Part shown: positions 8,726-23,195 of the stretch, in pieces
How positions within the stretch are numbered: the first letter of the stretch is position 1
How the letters are laid out: each line of letters starts with the position of its first letter
DNA from: an uncultured Acidobacteriota bacterium
Lineage (GTDB): Bacteria > Acidobacteriota > Thermoanaerobaculia > Gp7-AA8
Direction: 5' to 3'
NCBI GenBank assembly: GCA_963822445.1
Contig: CAWGHO010000002.1
Location: forward strand, 1,984,001-2,048,000
Length of the DNA stretch: 64,000 nt
Made by a program: the position numbers and the translations under genes
The notes under the pieces: model-generated
Told to the model about the DNA's origin: nothing
The model's database searches: none
What the model saw: the letters and a program-made list of their open reading frames with translations, nothing else

Positions 8726-9623
8726 GCCGCTGGTCCTGATCGGCGGGCTCGCCGCACGGCATCGCGTCCGCGTGCGCGAGCTGACCCGCGACGCCGTCAC
8801 GTACGCCGAGCCGCTATCCGGGCTGCGCGAGCATTCGTCGATCACCGCCGGGGAGCGGATGATTGCGCGCGGGCGCTTCGACGGTGTGATCCGCGTCGGG
8901 AACGTGCCGACGCTGCGCTTCTGGCGGGATCTGGAGACGCTCGATCTGCCGGTTGTGCATTACAGCGATCTGCCGTTCACCGGGTTGACGCGCGGCGAGG
9001 TGCAGCCGATCTCCGAGCTGCCGCGGATCGAATCGACGGACGACGCGTTTCTGGAAGAAGATCGCGCGTTCGCTGCGCGCATCGCGTCGATCCTCGATGG
9101 CGAGCCTGAATCCGAGCTGGCGATGATGCGCGCGCTGTCGCGCGAGCTGCCGGAAGGAACGCGCGTGTACCTCGGCAACAGCCTACCTATCCGCGAGTGG
9201 GACTTGGTCGCTGCCCGAAAGCCTTTCGAGTACGAGGGCAACCGCGGCGCGAACGGCATCGACGGTCAGCTCTCGACGTTCTTCGGCTGGTGCGACGCCT
9301 CGCGCGACAACGTCTGCATCGTCGGCGATCTGACGGCGATCTACGACCTCGGCGCGCCTTGGATCGTGCCGCAGCTCGGCCACGATCGTTTTCGCGTCGT
9401 GATCATCAACAACGGCGGCGGGCGCATCTTCGGACGGGTTGCTTCGCTGCGCGCGCTCGAGCCCGCCCTGCGCGAGCGGGTCATCGAGAACGTCCACGGC
9501 ATCCGCTTCGATCATTGGGCGGAGATGTGGGGCATCAGCGACCGCGTGACGGAGCTGGTGCCGGATGAAGCGGCGTCGAAACGCGTCTGGCAGAGGTACG
9601 ACGAGCTGTGGAGCCTGCCCTGA
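8709..9623 (+). CDS. menD: SEPHCHC synthase, middle and C-terminal TPP-binding part
   Basis: GNSLPIREWD, NRGANGIDG, GDLTAIYD...NNGGGRIF. Confidence 0.88.
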   Translation: MSRFSKPLVLIGGLAARHRVRVRELTRDAVTYAEPLSGLREHSSITAGERMIARGRFDGVIRVGNVPTLRFWRDLETLDLPVVHYSDLPFTGLTRGEVQPISELPRIESTDDAFLEEDRAFAARIASILDGEPESELAMMRALSRELPEGTRVYLGNSLPIREWDLVAARKPFEYEGNRGANGIDGQLSTFFGWCDASRDNVCIVGDLTAIYDLGAPWIVPQLGHDRFRVVIINNGGGRIFGRVASLRALEPALRERVIENVHGIRFDHWAEMWGISDRVTELVPDEAASKRVWQRYDELWSLP

Positions 9624-10214
9624 GCGGAGTCGAAGGGATCCGCACGCTGCCCGGATTTCTCGGACTCGCTTCGGATTTCGATTTTCTTCCCTGGCCGCAC
9701 AGTCCGTCCGAAGGCGATGTTCTTCTCGGTTACTCGATGGGTGGTCGCCTCGCGCTGAGGCTTCTCGAAGAACGACCGTTTCGCTGCGCGGTCATCGTGT
9801 CGGCGGGTTTGAACGCGCCGGATGACGAGCGCCGCGAACGCGATGAGACGTGGGCGCGGCGATTCGAATCGGAAGACTGGTCCTCGCTCATGCGCGACGT
9901 GGAACGCGCAGCCGGTCTTCGGAGGCCATGTTCTCGAACGACACGAAGCCGACTACGACCGCGCCGAGCTCGCGCGGCAGTTGCGCGAGTGGTCTCCGGC
10001 GGTGCTTCCGCCGCCGCGGCTGGAGTCGATCGAGACGCCGGTTCTCTGGGTCGCCGGAGAGCGCGACGCGAAATACGCCGACATCGCCAAGCGTGCGGTG
10101 GCGCGACTTCCGAACGCGGAGTTGTGGATCTGTCCGGACGCCGGCCATCGCGTTCCGTGGGAGCAGACCGAGGCGTTCGTGTCGCGGTTGCGTGCCTTCC
10201 TCGACCTGCACTAA
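9608..10214 (+). CDS. menH: SHCHC synthase, alpha/beta hydrolase (one +1 frameshift near 9899)
   Basis: LPGFLG and GYSMGGR in ORF 9608; WNAQPVF...GERDAKY...AGHRVPWE in ORF 9822. Confidence 0.85.
9613..9637. repeat. Single REP-like palindrome (CCTGAGCGGAGTCGAAGG type) inside the menD/menH overlap
   Basis: gcctgccctgagcggagtcgaaggg; translates ALSGVEG / PERSRR / PFDSAQGR depending on frame. Confidence 0.65.
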
Positions 10215-10226
10215 CGTGCCTCGCCT

Positions 10227-11051
10227 ATGGCTGAGACGTGGCACAAGCTGCACGACTTCGAAGACATCAAGTACGAGCGCACCGAGGACGGGATCGCGAA
10301 GATCACCATCAATCGCCCGGAGGTGCGGAACTCTTTCCGGCCGGCGACGGTGGCGGAGCTGAAGGTCGCGTTCGACATGGCCCGCGACGATGGCGACATC
10401 GGCGTGATCATCCTGACCGGCGAAGGACCCGACGCGTTCTGCGCGGGCGGCGATCAGAAGGTGCGCGGCAAGGGCGGGTACGTCGATCCGAAGGAGAAGA
10501 TCCCGCGGCTGAACATCCTCGACGTGCAGAAGCAGATCCGCAGCATGCCCAAGCCGGTCGTGGCGATGGTGGCCGGATATGCGATCGGCGGGGGTCACGT
10601 TCTGCACGTCGTCTGCGATCTGACGATTGCCGCGGACAATGCGCGCTTCGGACAGACCGGGCCGAAAGTCGGATCGTTCGATGCCGGACTGGGCTCGTCG
10701 TACCTGTCGCGGATCGTCGGCCAGAAGAAAGCGCGGGAGATCTGGTTCCTTTGCCGCCAGTACGACGCGCAGCAGGCGCTGGAAATGGGACTCGTCAATA
10801 CCGTCGTGCCGCTCGACCAGCTCGAGGAAGAGACGCTGAAGTGGTGCCGGGAGATGCTGGCACTGTCGCCGATGGCGCTGCGGTTCCTCAAAGCCGCCAT
10901 GAACGCCGACTGTGACGGTCAGGTCGGGTTGCTCGATTTCGGCGGCAGCGCGACACTCCTTTATTACCTGTCCGAAGAGGCCCAGGAGGGGCGGGACGCG
11001 TTCGTGGAGAAGCGCAAGCCGGATTTCAGGAAATTCAAGAGATTCCCGTGA
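10227..11051 (+). CDS. menB: 1,4-dihydroxy-2-naphthoyl-CoA synthase
   Basis: [33 protein letters not shown]; intact. Confidence 0.97.
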   Translation: MAETWHKLHDFEDIKYERTEDGIAKITINRPEVRNSFRPATVAELKVAFDMARDDGDIGVIILTGEGPDAFCAGGDQKVRGKGGYVDPKEKIPRLNILDVQKQIRSMPKPVVAMVAGYAIGGGHVLHVVCDLTIAADNARFGQTGPKVGSFDAGLGSSYLSRIVGQKKAREIWFLCRQYDAQQALEMGLVNTVVPLDQLEEETLKWCREMLALSPMALRFLKAAMNADCDGQVGLLDFGGSATLLYYLSEEAQEGRDAFVEKRKPDFRKFKRFP

Positions 11052-11895
11052 TCCGGAGCGTGGCTTCTCGCGCGCGCGGCCGAAGACGCTGTCCGCCGCG
11101 ATCGTCCCGGTGCTGATGGGCAGCGCGCTCGCGGCGGCGGCCGCGGCGTCCATTGGCTGGGTGTTTGCGTGCGCGCTCGCCGGCGCGGTGCTGATTCAGA
11201 TCGCGACGAATTTCATCAACGACGCGCTCGATTTCAAGAAGGGCGCGGATACGAGCGAGCGGCTCGGGCCGGTTCGGGTCACGCAGGCGGGGCTGATCGG
11301 ACCGCAAGCGGTGATGCGGGCCGCGTTCGCCTGCCTGTTCGGCGCGGCGTTGTGCGGCATTCCGATCGTTTTTCGCGGCGGCTGGCCGATGCTGGTTGTC
11401 GGTGTCGTGTCGATGGTGATGGCTTATGCGTACACCGGCGGGCCGTATCCGCTCGCGTATCACGGGCTCGGTGAATTGTTCGTCATTCTGTTTTTCGGGT
11501 TCGATTGCCGTCGGCGGGACGTATTACCTGCATACGCTGCCGTTGACGCGGGATCGCACTGTTGGCCGGTCTCGCCGCGGGATGTCTGGCGACGGTGCTG
11601 ATCGTGATCAATAACCTGCGCGATGTGGAGAGCGATCAGAAGAGCGCGAAGAAGACGCTGGCCGTGCGATTCGGCGAGCGCTTTGGGCGGGCCGAGGTTG
11701 CGACCTTTGCGCTTGTGCCGTTGTGTCGCTGTCGGTGTCATCACTTTGCTACCGCTCGTCGCGTTGCCTTTGGCGATTGCTTTGATTCTGCGCGTGTACC
11801 GAAGTCGCGGTGCCGAGTTGAATCGTTGCCTGGGAATGGCCGGCGCTCTGCAGTGGAGCTTCGGAATTCTCTTCGTCGCCGGTTGTCTCCTCTGA
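11048..11895 (+). CDS. menA: DHNA polyprenyltransferase (about five +1 frameshifts)
   Basis: [52 protein letters not shown]...KKTLAVRFG spread over successive frames (shifts near 11055, 11073, 11503, 11555, 11725). Confidence 0.85.
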
Positions 11896-12693
11896 TGTCG
11901 ATTCACGTTCATCGCTACGCTCTCGAATGCGCGCCGCGGCGCGTTGATCCGCGTCGATGGGGGATTTGCAGACGTGCATCCCTGGCCGGAGTTCGGCGAC
12001 GCGCCGTTGGATGAACAATTGAGACTCCTGGCGGGAGGCGAGACGACGCCGCTGACGCGCGCGTCGTTGCATTGGGCGCGGGTCGACGCGGACGCGCGAG
12101 CTCGCGGTGTTTCGTTGTTCGAGGGATTGACCATTCCTGAGAGTCATTGGCCGGGAAGCGAGCCGCCGCCTGGATTCGACACGATCAAAATCAAGGGAGT
12201 CATGCCGGTGCCGCCGCACGTTCGATTGCGGATCGATTTCAATGCCCGGCTTTCGGCCGAGGAGTTTCTGCAGATTGCGCCGACCTTACCGAAGGAACAG
12301 ATCGATTTCATCGAGGATCCCTGTCCGTACGACGAAGCGGTCTGGCAGGACTTGCGCGGAAAGACCGGTTTGCGGCTGGCGCTCGATCGATTCGAGGGAG
12401 TGCGGACGTGCTCGTGCATAAGCCAGCGCTGCACACGTCGTTTCCGCGGTTCAATGGCGAGGTCGTGGTTACCTCGTACATGGATCACCCGGTGGGACAG
12501 TTCTTCGCGGCCTATGTCGCGGCTACGAATCGGGTCAGCTGCGCGGTGTGGGTTGTTTACACACGTTCTGTACGAGCCGGACGCGTTCATTGAGCGAATT
12601 CGGAGCGATGGTGCGCGATTGTTGCCGCCGGAGGGAACGGGCGTGGGGTTCGACGAACTACTGGAGGGCCTTCCGTGGACAACGATTGGGTAA
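11895..12693 (+). CDS. menC: o-Succinylbenzoate synthase, compact form (frameshifts near 11925, 12400, 12540)
   Basis: GFADVHPWPEFGD, KIK, RIDFN, FIEDP, ALD, KP, TSYMDHPVGQ, GTGVGF enolase-superfamily motifs. Confidence 0.8.
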
Positions 12694-13728
12694 TCGACTG
12701 GCGCTCGACGAGTCGCATCTGCTGCTCAATCCGCGCATGCCGCGGGAGGAGCGGCGGCGGCTGGAGACGTACGTCGTCCCGCTTCGCGCCCACGTCTGGC
12801 TGGCCACCTCGGGCACAACGGGCGCATTGAAATTGACGGCGCTGTCGAAAAAGGCGCTGCTCGCATCGGCCGCGTCGGTCAATCGCCATCTCCAGTCCGA
12901 TGAAAAGGACGTCTGGTGCTGTGTGCTGCCGACTTTTCACGTGGGCGGTCTTGGGATTTACGCGCGGGCGTTATTGTCCCGCGCTCGGGTGATTGCCGAG
13001 GCGTGGGATCCGGTGCGGCTTGCGTCGCATGACGAGGTGACCCTGGCGTCGCTCGTCCCGGCTCAGGTTGCCGATCTGGTGCGGCTGGAACTCCGGGCGC
13101 CGCCGTTGTTGCGGGCGGTCATCGTGGGTGGAGGGGCGCTGAGCGAGAGCTTGTACGCGGAGGCGATGGCACTCGGCTGGCCGCTACTGCCGAGTTATGG
13201 GATGACGGAGTGCAGTTCGCAGGTCGCCACAGCCCGACTGGGCTCGGCTGAGCTCGTTCTACTGGATGCTTGGAGGCGCGGGTTGAGAAGGATGGGCGGC
13301 TGGCGTTCCGTGGAGAGCCGCTTTTGACCGGGTACGGCACGGCGGGTGGGTTTATCGATCCGAAGCGACGGGGCTGGTTCGTTACGGAAGACCTCGGCAG
13401 CCTTCGCGGCTCTGTATTAGAGGTGAGCCGCCGGCGCGGAGACTTCGTGAAGATCGGCGGCGAGTCAGTCGACTTGGCCCGACTGGACGCCATCCTGAGC
13501 ACCGTGGCGGGGCCGCACGCGGCGGTCGTAGCCGTCTCCGACGAGCGCTTGGGCCAGGTCATCCACTTGGTGGTCGACGCTACCGCTGATCCTGCCGCGG
13601 TTGGGGCCGCTTTCGCTGAGCGGGTTCATCCGTTCGAGCGACCGCGGCGGGTTCATCAGGTCCGGGAGATCCCCCGTTCTCCCCTCGGAAAGCTCATCCG
13701 TTCGAAGCTTCTCGACCTCCTGGAATAG
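12675..13728 (+). CDS. menE: o-Succinylbenzoate-CoA ligase (frameshifts near 12706 and 13268)
   Basis: ATSGTTG, LPTFHVGG, SYGMTE, TEDLG, KIGGE, PRSPLGK; likely N-terminus GTG-DNDWVIDWRS. Confidence 0.85.
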
Positions 13729-13912
13729 CACCCGGGGAGGGCCGGTTATGGCTGGTCCCGACGCGGTAAGGCTCTCTGAAAAACGAACGGTAACTCGAAC
13801 GCCAGCAAGGATTTGCGGGCGGGCTCCGATGAAAATCGGCGCTGCCGGTAGCGGGTGGTCGGCTGAAATACCAGCTACCGCCGTCCGGTTATCTGAAGTT
13901 ACCTCGGCGACG

Positions 13913-13941
13913 TTGACAAAGTCGCCGGCGGCACGTAAGAT
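13913..13941 (+). promoter_or_regulatory. rrn promoter P1 (sigma70-type)
   Basis: TTGACA-17 nt-TAAGAT. Confidence 0.8.
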
Positions 13942-14050
13942 CTTCGGTCCCTGCAGTACAGCTTCCCGATCTTTTCAACCACTGACAATCGAGTAGTTTA
14001 CGTAGTCCGGGTCAACCGGAATGGGTTCGTATCGCACGGAAACATTCCGC

Positions 14051-14079
14051 TTGACACGGACGGAGGGGTCTGGCAATCT
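14051..14079 (+). promoter_or_regulatory. Possible rrn promoter P2
   Basis: TTGACA-17 nt-CAATCT preceded by TGg. Confidence 0.55.
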
Positions 14080-14101
14080 TGCCGCCCTTTCGGCGAGGCC
14101 G

Positions 14102-14127
14102 GGTTCTTTGACAACTGAATAGGAAAG
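14102..14127 (+). promoter_or_regulatory. boxA-like antitermination site and 5' arm of the 16S processing stem
   Basis: gttctttgacaa; 14102-14127 can pair with ctttcctgttcagttttcagagaacc at 15891-15916. A second cttctttgacaa at 16331-16342 precedes 23S. Confidence 0.7.
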
Positions 14128-14250
14128 CAACGAAGGCAAACGTGATTCCTTTGAGTCCTGAAACATGGACTCGTCAGAAACAAATCAAGAAGTATCCGAA
14201 TAAGCAACAGTCGTTACTGACTGATGCTAGAGCTTCAAATTCAACAGATA

Positions 14251-15795
<1,545 letters not shown>

Positions 15796-15997
15796 CATCG
15801 TCGCCTCGGATCAAAACGAGGTCGTGATTGCAACCTAGGTCGAAAGGAATCGGCTGAGCGCAATGCTCGGCAAGCGTTTTCCCTAGATGTCTTTCCTGTT
15901 CAGTTTTCAGAGAACCATCCTCATTGCCAGTTCTATGAAAATCGAGCGCTGCGGTTGGCCGGAACGGACGGCTATCGACCGACACGAATCCCGAAGC

Positions 15998-16074
<77 letters not shown>

Positions 16075-16078
16075 CGTC

Positions 16079-16160
16079 AAGTCAGAAGGATGAAGGCAGA
16101 AAGCAGAAGTGCTCGCGGGCACGTCTGAGTTCTGCCTTCTGCCTTCTGACCTCTGCCTTT
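16079..16160. repeat. Mirrored tandem heptamer hairpin (AGGCAGA-type x4 / TCTGCCT-type x5)
   Basis: aagtcag aaggatg aaggcag aaagcag ... tctgagt tctgcct tctgcct tctgacc tctgcct. Confidence 0.8.
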
Positions 16161-16164
16161 CCTT

Positions 16165-16240
16165 GGGGCTGTAGCTCAGCTGGGAGAGCACCTGGTTTGC
16201 AACCAGGGGGTCGTCGGTTCGATCCCGATCAGCTCCACCA
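16165..16240 (+). tRNA. tRNA-Ala(TGC)
   Basis: ggggctgtagctcag...ttTGCaa...ggttcgatc...agctccacca. Confidence 0.98.
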
Positions 16241-16430
16241 ATCACAGCGCTTCGCGCCTTTCCTCGCGAGTGTCAACGGTGTTCACGATCACCTCATCGT
16301 GTGCAGCGTCGATCTTCGCGATTTTCAGCGCTTCTTTGACAATTGAATACGGGTAAGTAAATGAGATGCAAGCGTCATACGTGAAGTAACGTGTGGTAGC
16401 TGCAGATCGCATGAGATCAAGGCACTTTAT

Positions 16431-19394
<2,964 letters not shown>

Positions 19395-19488
19395 TATTTG
19401 TCTTGATTTGATGTTGTCTGCTAGCTACAACGCCGACCATCTCACTGCTACCCGTATTCAATTTGCTTTATCCAACCAGAAACCAAGT

Positions 19489-19606
19489 TTCCGGTGGTCA
19501 TAGAGCGGAGGAAATACCCGTTCCCATTCCGAACACGGCAGTCAAGCTCCGCATCGCCAATGATACTGCGCGGGCAACTGCGTGGGAAAGTAGGACGCCG
19601 CCGGGA
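19489..19606 (+). rRNA. rrf: 5S rRNA
   Basis: ttccggtggtcatag...cccattccgaacac...agtaggacgccgccggga. Confidence 0.97.
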
Positions 19607-19617
19607 TATAATTTTGC

Positions 19618-19655
19618 TAAAGGCCCTCGGGTAAAACCGAGGGCCTTTATTCTTT
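19618..19655 (+). terminator. rrn intrinsic terminator
   Basis: taaaggccctcgg-gtaaaa-ccgagggccttta followed by ttcttt. Confidence 0.9.
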
Positions 19656-19663
19656 GTGACGCA

Positions 19664-20401
19664 ATGAGCCGGAAAGCAGCAGAACAGCAGTTCTACGACC
19701 GTTACTACAAGGCCGACCAGGCCCCGTCGCTCAACGGCTTCTACTTCATTTCCGGCGGTCCCGCTTACTACAAGCAGCGCGTCCTGGTCGAGTGCGAGAA
19801 CAAACGCGTCCTCGAGTACGGCTGCGGCACGGGCGGGGCCGGCATGACCTGGGACCTGGCTGACCGCGGCGCGACCGTCACCGCAATCGACATCTCCGAG
19901 ACAGCCATTGCGCTCGCCCGGGAGCGCGCGACGCACTATCCTCCGGGAGTCCTGACACTCGAGCGCGCCGATGCCGAAGCGCTGCCTTTTCCGGACGCGA
20001 GTTTCGACATCATCTGCGGGTCGGGGATCCTGCACCATCTCGACATCCAGCGCGCCATCGCCGAGGTCCGGCGCGTTCTCAAGCCGGGTGGCCGGGCCGT
20101 GTTCTACGAGCCACTCGCGTATAACCCGATCGCGCGACTGTACCGCTTCCTCACCCCGGGCGAGCACACCCCGGATGAGCATCCGCTGACGACTGTGGAT
20201 CTCGCTCTGTTCCGGTCCTCGTTTCCCCAGGCGTCCTTCCGCTGGTTCGATTTCTTCTCGATCGGAGCGATCCCGTTCCTGCGCTTCGCTTCCGGGCGGC
20301 GCTTGCTGCGCGCGCTCGAGGCGGCCGATCGGGCGCTTTTTCGCGCGATGCCGATCGCCCGGCATTGGGCGATGGCCCTCGTCCTCGAGGGCGGCGGATA
20401 G
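19664..20401 (+). CDS. Class I SAM-dependent methyltransferase
   Basis: VLEYGCGTG, DAEALPFPDASFD, LKPGG. Start at the ATG after the rrn terminator, not 19463. Confidence 0.88.
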   Translation: MSRKAAEQQFYDRYYKADQAPSLNGFYFISGGPAYYKQRVLVECENKRVLEYGCGTGGAGMTWDLADRGATVTAIDISETAIALARERATHYPPGVLTLERADAEALPFPDASFDIICGSGILHHLDIQRAIAEVRRVLKPGGRAVFYEPLAYNPIARLYRFLTPGEHTPDEHPLTTVDLALFRSSFPQASFRWFDFFSIGAIPFLRFASGRRLLRALEAADRALFRAMPIARHWAMALVLEGGG

Positions 20402-20433
20402 CCGTCATGGTCGACATGAGCGCGTAGATCCCG

Positions 20434-21657
20434 ATGGCCGTGCAGAACCGAGACATGGTGGCGCTGGTGGTCGGATCCACCGTCGCGTCGGTGCTCAACC
20501 TCGCCTTCGTCGCGTTTGCCGGGAGAGCTCTCGGGCCGATCGAATTCGCCGATTTCTCAGCCGGTCTCGCACTCCTCTACCTGGTCGGGGGAGCGCTCAG
20601 TCCGATCGTGCCGAGCGTCTCTCACTTCGCCGCCCTGCATCTCGAGCGCGGCGATCCCAGCATGATCGCGGCGTTGCGCTGGGGATTGTGGAAGTGGACG
20701 GCGATCGCTTCTGCGGTTCTCGCGCCGTTCGCAGTCGCTGCAACGTTCCTTCTCACCGACGCTCTTCGCTTTCGCTCGCCCGCAACGATGGCGCTCGCGC
20801 TGACCGCGGTGTTCGTTTACGTCTTCGTGACCATCGACCGGGCCGTGCTTCAGGGGTCGTTCCGCTTCCGTGGTTATGCCGTGGCTGCGACCGCCGAGGC
20901 GGCGTTGCGAGTCGCGGGCATTGGGCTGCTGTTCGCATGGCCGTTCGCACGCACGGCGATGGGGTGGTACGTCGGTTCTCTCGGCGCGGCGCTCTTGCTG
21001 TCCGCGTGGCAGTTGCGCCATTTCCGAAGATCGAACGTCCGCGTGGAGTGGCCTGAAGTCCTTGCCTTTGCCGCACCGAACTTTCTGCTCATGCTGAATC
21101 TCGCTGTGCAGCAGAATGCAGATGTCCTGGCGGTGAAGCTCTGGATGCCTGCGTCGGACGCTGGTAATTACGGTGCGGCGGCGGTTCTGGTACGGGCGGT
21201 CGGCATCGTAGCCGTACCGCTCGCCGCAATTGCGGTTCCCGTCCTGACGGTGCTGCGCGAGCGGAAGCAGCCCATCGGCGCGGCGCTACTGCGGACGTTC
21301 GGAACGTTCGTGCTTCTCGCGGCAGCGGGCGTCACGATCGCCGTAATGTTTGCTGACGACGTTTTGCGTTTGCTCTACGGCGCGGAATTCGCTGGCGCCG
21401 CGCCAGTGCTGCGGCGCCTTGTCGGCGTAGCGATGCTGTCATGGCTGGCCTATCTCATGGCACAGTCCCTGGTGGCACTGCACCGCTTCCGATTCCTTTG
21501 GTTGTACAGCGCGATCACAGGCGTCCAACTCGCCGGCTTCGCCCTCCTCCACCGCGACGTCACTCAAATCATCGCGGTCCAGTTGGTCTGTCAGGCAGTA
21601 CTCGTCGTGATCCTGACTATCGCGGCGGTGCGTGCGGCGCAGGCTCGCGCGGTCTGA
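20434..21657 (+). CDS. Wzx/MOP-type oligosaccharide flippase
   Basis: Multi-TM protein; GRALGPIEFADF, NADVLAVK..AGNYGAA, LLYGAEFAGAAP patterns. Confidence 0.8.
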   Translation: MAVQNRDMVALVVGSTVASVLNLAFVAFAGRALGPIEFADFSAGLALLYLVGGALSPIVPSVSHFAALHLERGDPSMIAALRWGLWKWTAIASAVLAPFAVAATFLLTDALRFRSPATMALALTAVFVYVFVTIDRAVLQGSFRFRGYAVAATAEAALRVAGIGLLFAWPFARTAMGWYVGSLGAALLLSAWQLRHFRRSNVRVEWPEVLAFAAPNFLLMLNLAVQQNADVLAVKLWMPASDAGNYGAAAVLVRAVGIVAVPLAAIAVPVLTVLRERKQPIGAALLRTFGTFVLLAAAGVTIAVMFADDVLRLLYGAEFAGAAPVLRRLVGVAMLSWLAYLMAQSLVALHRFRFLWLYSAITGVQLAGFALLHRDVTQIIAVQLVCQAVLVVILTIAAVRAAQARAV

Positions 21658-21674
21658 CGGCTATACTCCTCACC

Positions 21675-23195
21675 GTGTCGCGCCGCCGCTCCGAACTGCT
21701 CATTCTGGCGGCGCTGATCGTCGCGCTCGTCGCGCTCCGGTTCTCGCTCCATTGTGGCAGTGGACCGTATGGCGTCGACGGCAGCTACTATCTGCAAGTC
21801 GCACGCAGCGTCGCCGAGGGGCGCGGGCTGATGACGCATGTCGACCTGTACCACCAGGGACTCGACCCGCTTCCCGCACCGACGAACATTTATCCCCTTT
21901 GGCCCCTGCTCCTTGGTGGTACGGCGCGTCTGATCGGGATGACGGCGGCCGTTCATCACGTCTCGCGAGTGTTGTACGTGGTGACGCTACTGCTGCTCTA
22001 TGCGTGTACTCGGAAAATCACGGAACGGCAGTCGGTGGCCGGCCCGTTCAACGCGGCGCATCTCGTCGTGTTGCTCTTCGGACTCAACAGCCTGTTCTTC
22101 GACGCGACCACGTTCCCGTACACGGAAGGACTCGCTTTCACGATGGCCACGGCGGCGTTGCTGAGCGTCTTTAGGGATCATGAGGCATGGCGCTTCGTCA
22201 CCGGGGTCTTGACAGGCCTGGCGCTCCTGACGCGCTCGCAGATGCTGGTCCTGGCGATCGCCATCGGGATCGCGCTGGTATTGGCGGCTTACCGCGCGCG
22301 CGACTGGAAGCCGCCAGTGCTGTTCGCGGTCGGAACGGTCATTACGGTCGGGCCGTGGCTGGTGTGGATGACGACATTCGCGCGTCCTTTCTCGCTGAGC
22401 CTCATCTGGGCGAGCTACCACCAGACGGCGGCGGTGCCGGCCTATCCGCTCGGCTACCCGACCGCGACGGCGCTCGAGTGGCTGGTCGTTCGCCTGCGCG
22501 GCCTCGGCGTCATGTTCCGCGTCGGAGATTCCAACTCCTTCGTCGCGCTCTTCGGCGCAGCCGCGTTCCTTGTGCCGCTTGCGTTGTTGCATTGGATCGT
22601 TCGCGTCCGGCGCGAGCGGCCCGTCATCGCCCCGCCTGTGCTCGCCGTCGTGCTGGCCGGCTCGTTTCTCTCATTCATGCTCTTGCTGACGCCGCAACAG
22701 TTCTTTCGTATGTGGCTCTTCGGCTGGCGGCACGGCCTGCCGCTCATTTTCCTGATTGCAGTCTCGCTCGTGGAGCTCGTTGCGTTCGGTAAACCGCTCG
22801 TGCGGGGCGCGGCGGTCCTGCTGACCACGATCTCGATCGTGGCCGGCGCCGCGGACGTGATTGCCACGGTACGACGGGGGCCGCCGCGCGGACTGTCGCC
22901 GGTCGAGCGGCAGCTCACGTCCTGGCTCGATGAGAACGCGCGGGGATCGATCGTATTGACGACGAACGCGCAGGTACTGGCTCCCTATAGTCACGCGAGC
23001 TTCCGCTGGGCGACGTGCGCAGAGCCGGCGCACTACACGCGAGCGATTCTCGATCACGTGCGCACCGATTACGTCGCGTTGTACGAGCGCGAGCGGGACT
23101 GCGCATTCGTCCGCGGTCTGGGCGACGAGTTGGCGCCGGCGGTGATGTTCGGCCGTGCGCCGAACCGGATCATGCTCCTGCGAAACCGTCAGTAG
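21675..23195 (+). CDS. GT-C-like (ArnT/PMT-type) membrane glycosyltransferase
   Basis: TM1 then DGSYYLQVARSVAEGRG, YPLWPLLL, YTEGL, LALLTR; soluble C-terminus. Confidence 0.7.
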   Translation: MSRRRSELLILAALIVALVALRFSLHCGSGPYGVDGSYYLQVARSVAEGRGLMTHVDLYHQGLDPLPAPTNIYPLWPLLLGGTARLIGMTAAVHHVSRVLYVVTLLLLYACTRKITERQSVAGPFNAAHLVVLLFGLNSLFFDATTFPYTEGLAFTMATAALLSVFRDHEAWRFVTGVLTGLALLTRSQMLVLAIAIGIALVLAAYRARDWKPPVLFAVGTVITVGPWLVWMTTFARPFSLSLIWASYHQTAAVPAYPLGYPTATALEWLVVRLRGLGVMFRVGDSNSFVALFGAAAFLVPLALLHWIVRVRRERPVIAPPVLAVVLAGSFLSFMLLLTPQQFFRMWLFGWRHGLPLIFLIAVSLVELVAFGKPLVRGAAVLLTTISIVAGAADVIATVRRGPPRGLSPVERQLTSWLDENARGSIVLTTNAQVLAPYSHASFRWATCAEPAHYTRAILDHVRTDYVALYERERDCAFVRGLGDELAPAVMFGRAPNRIMLLRNRQ

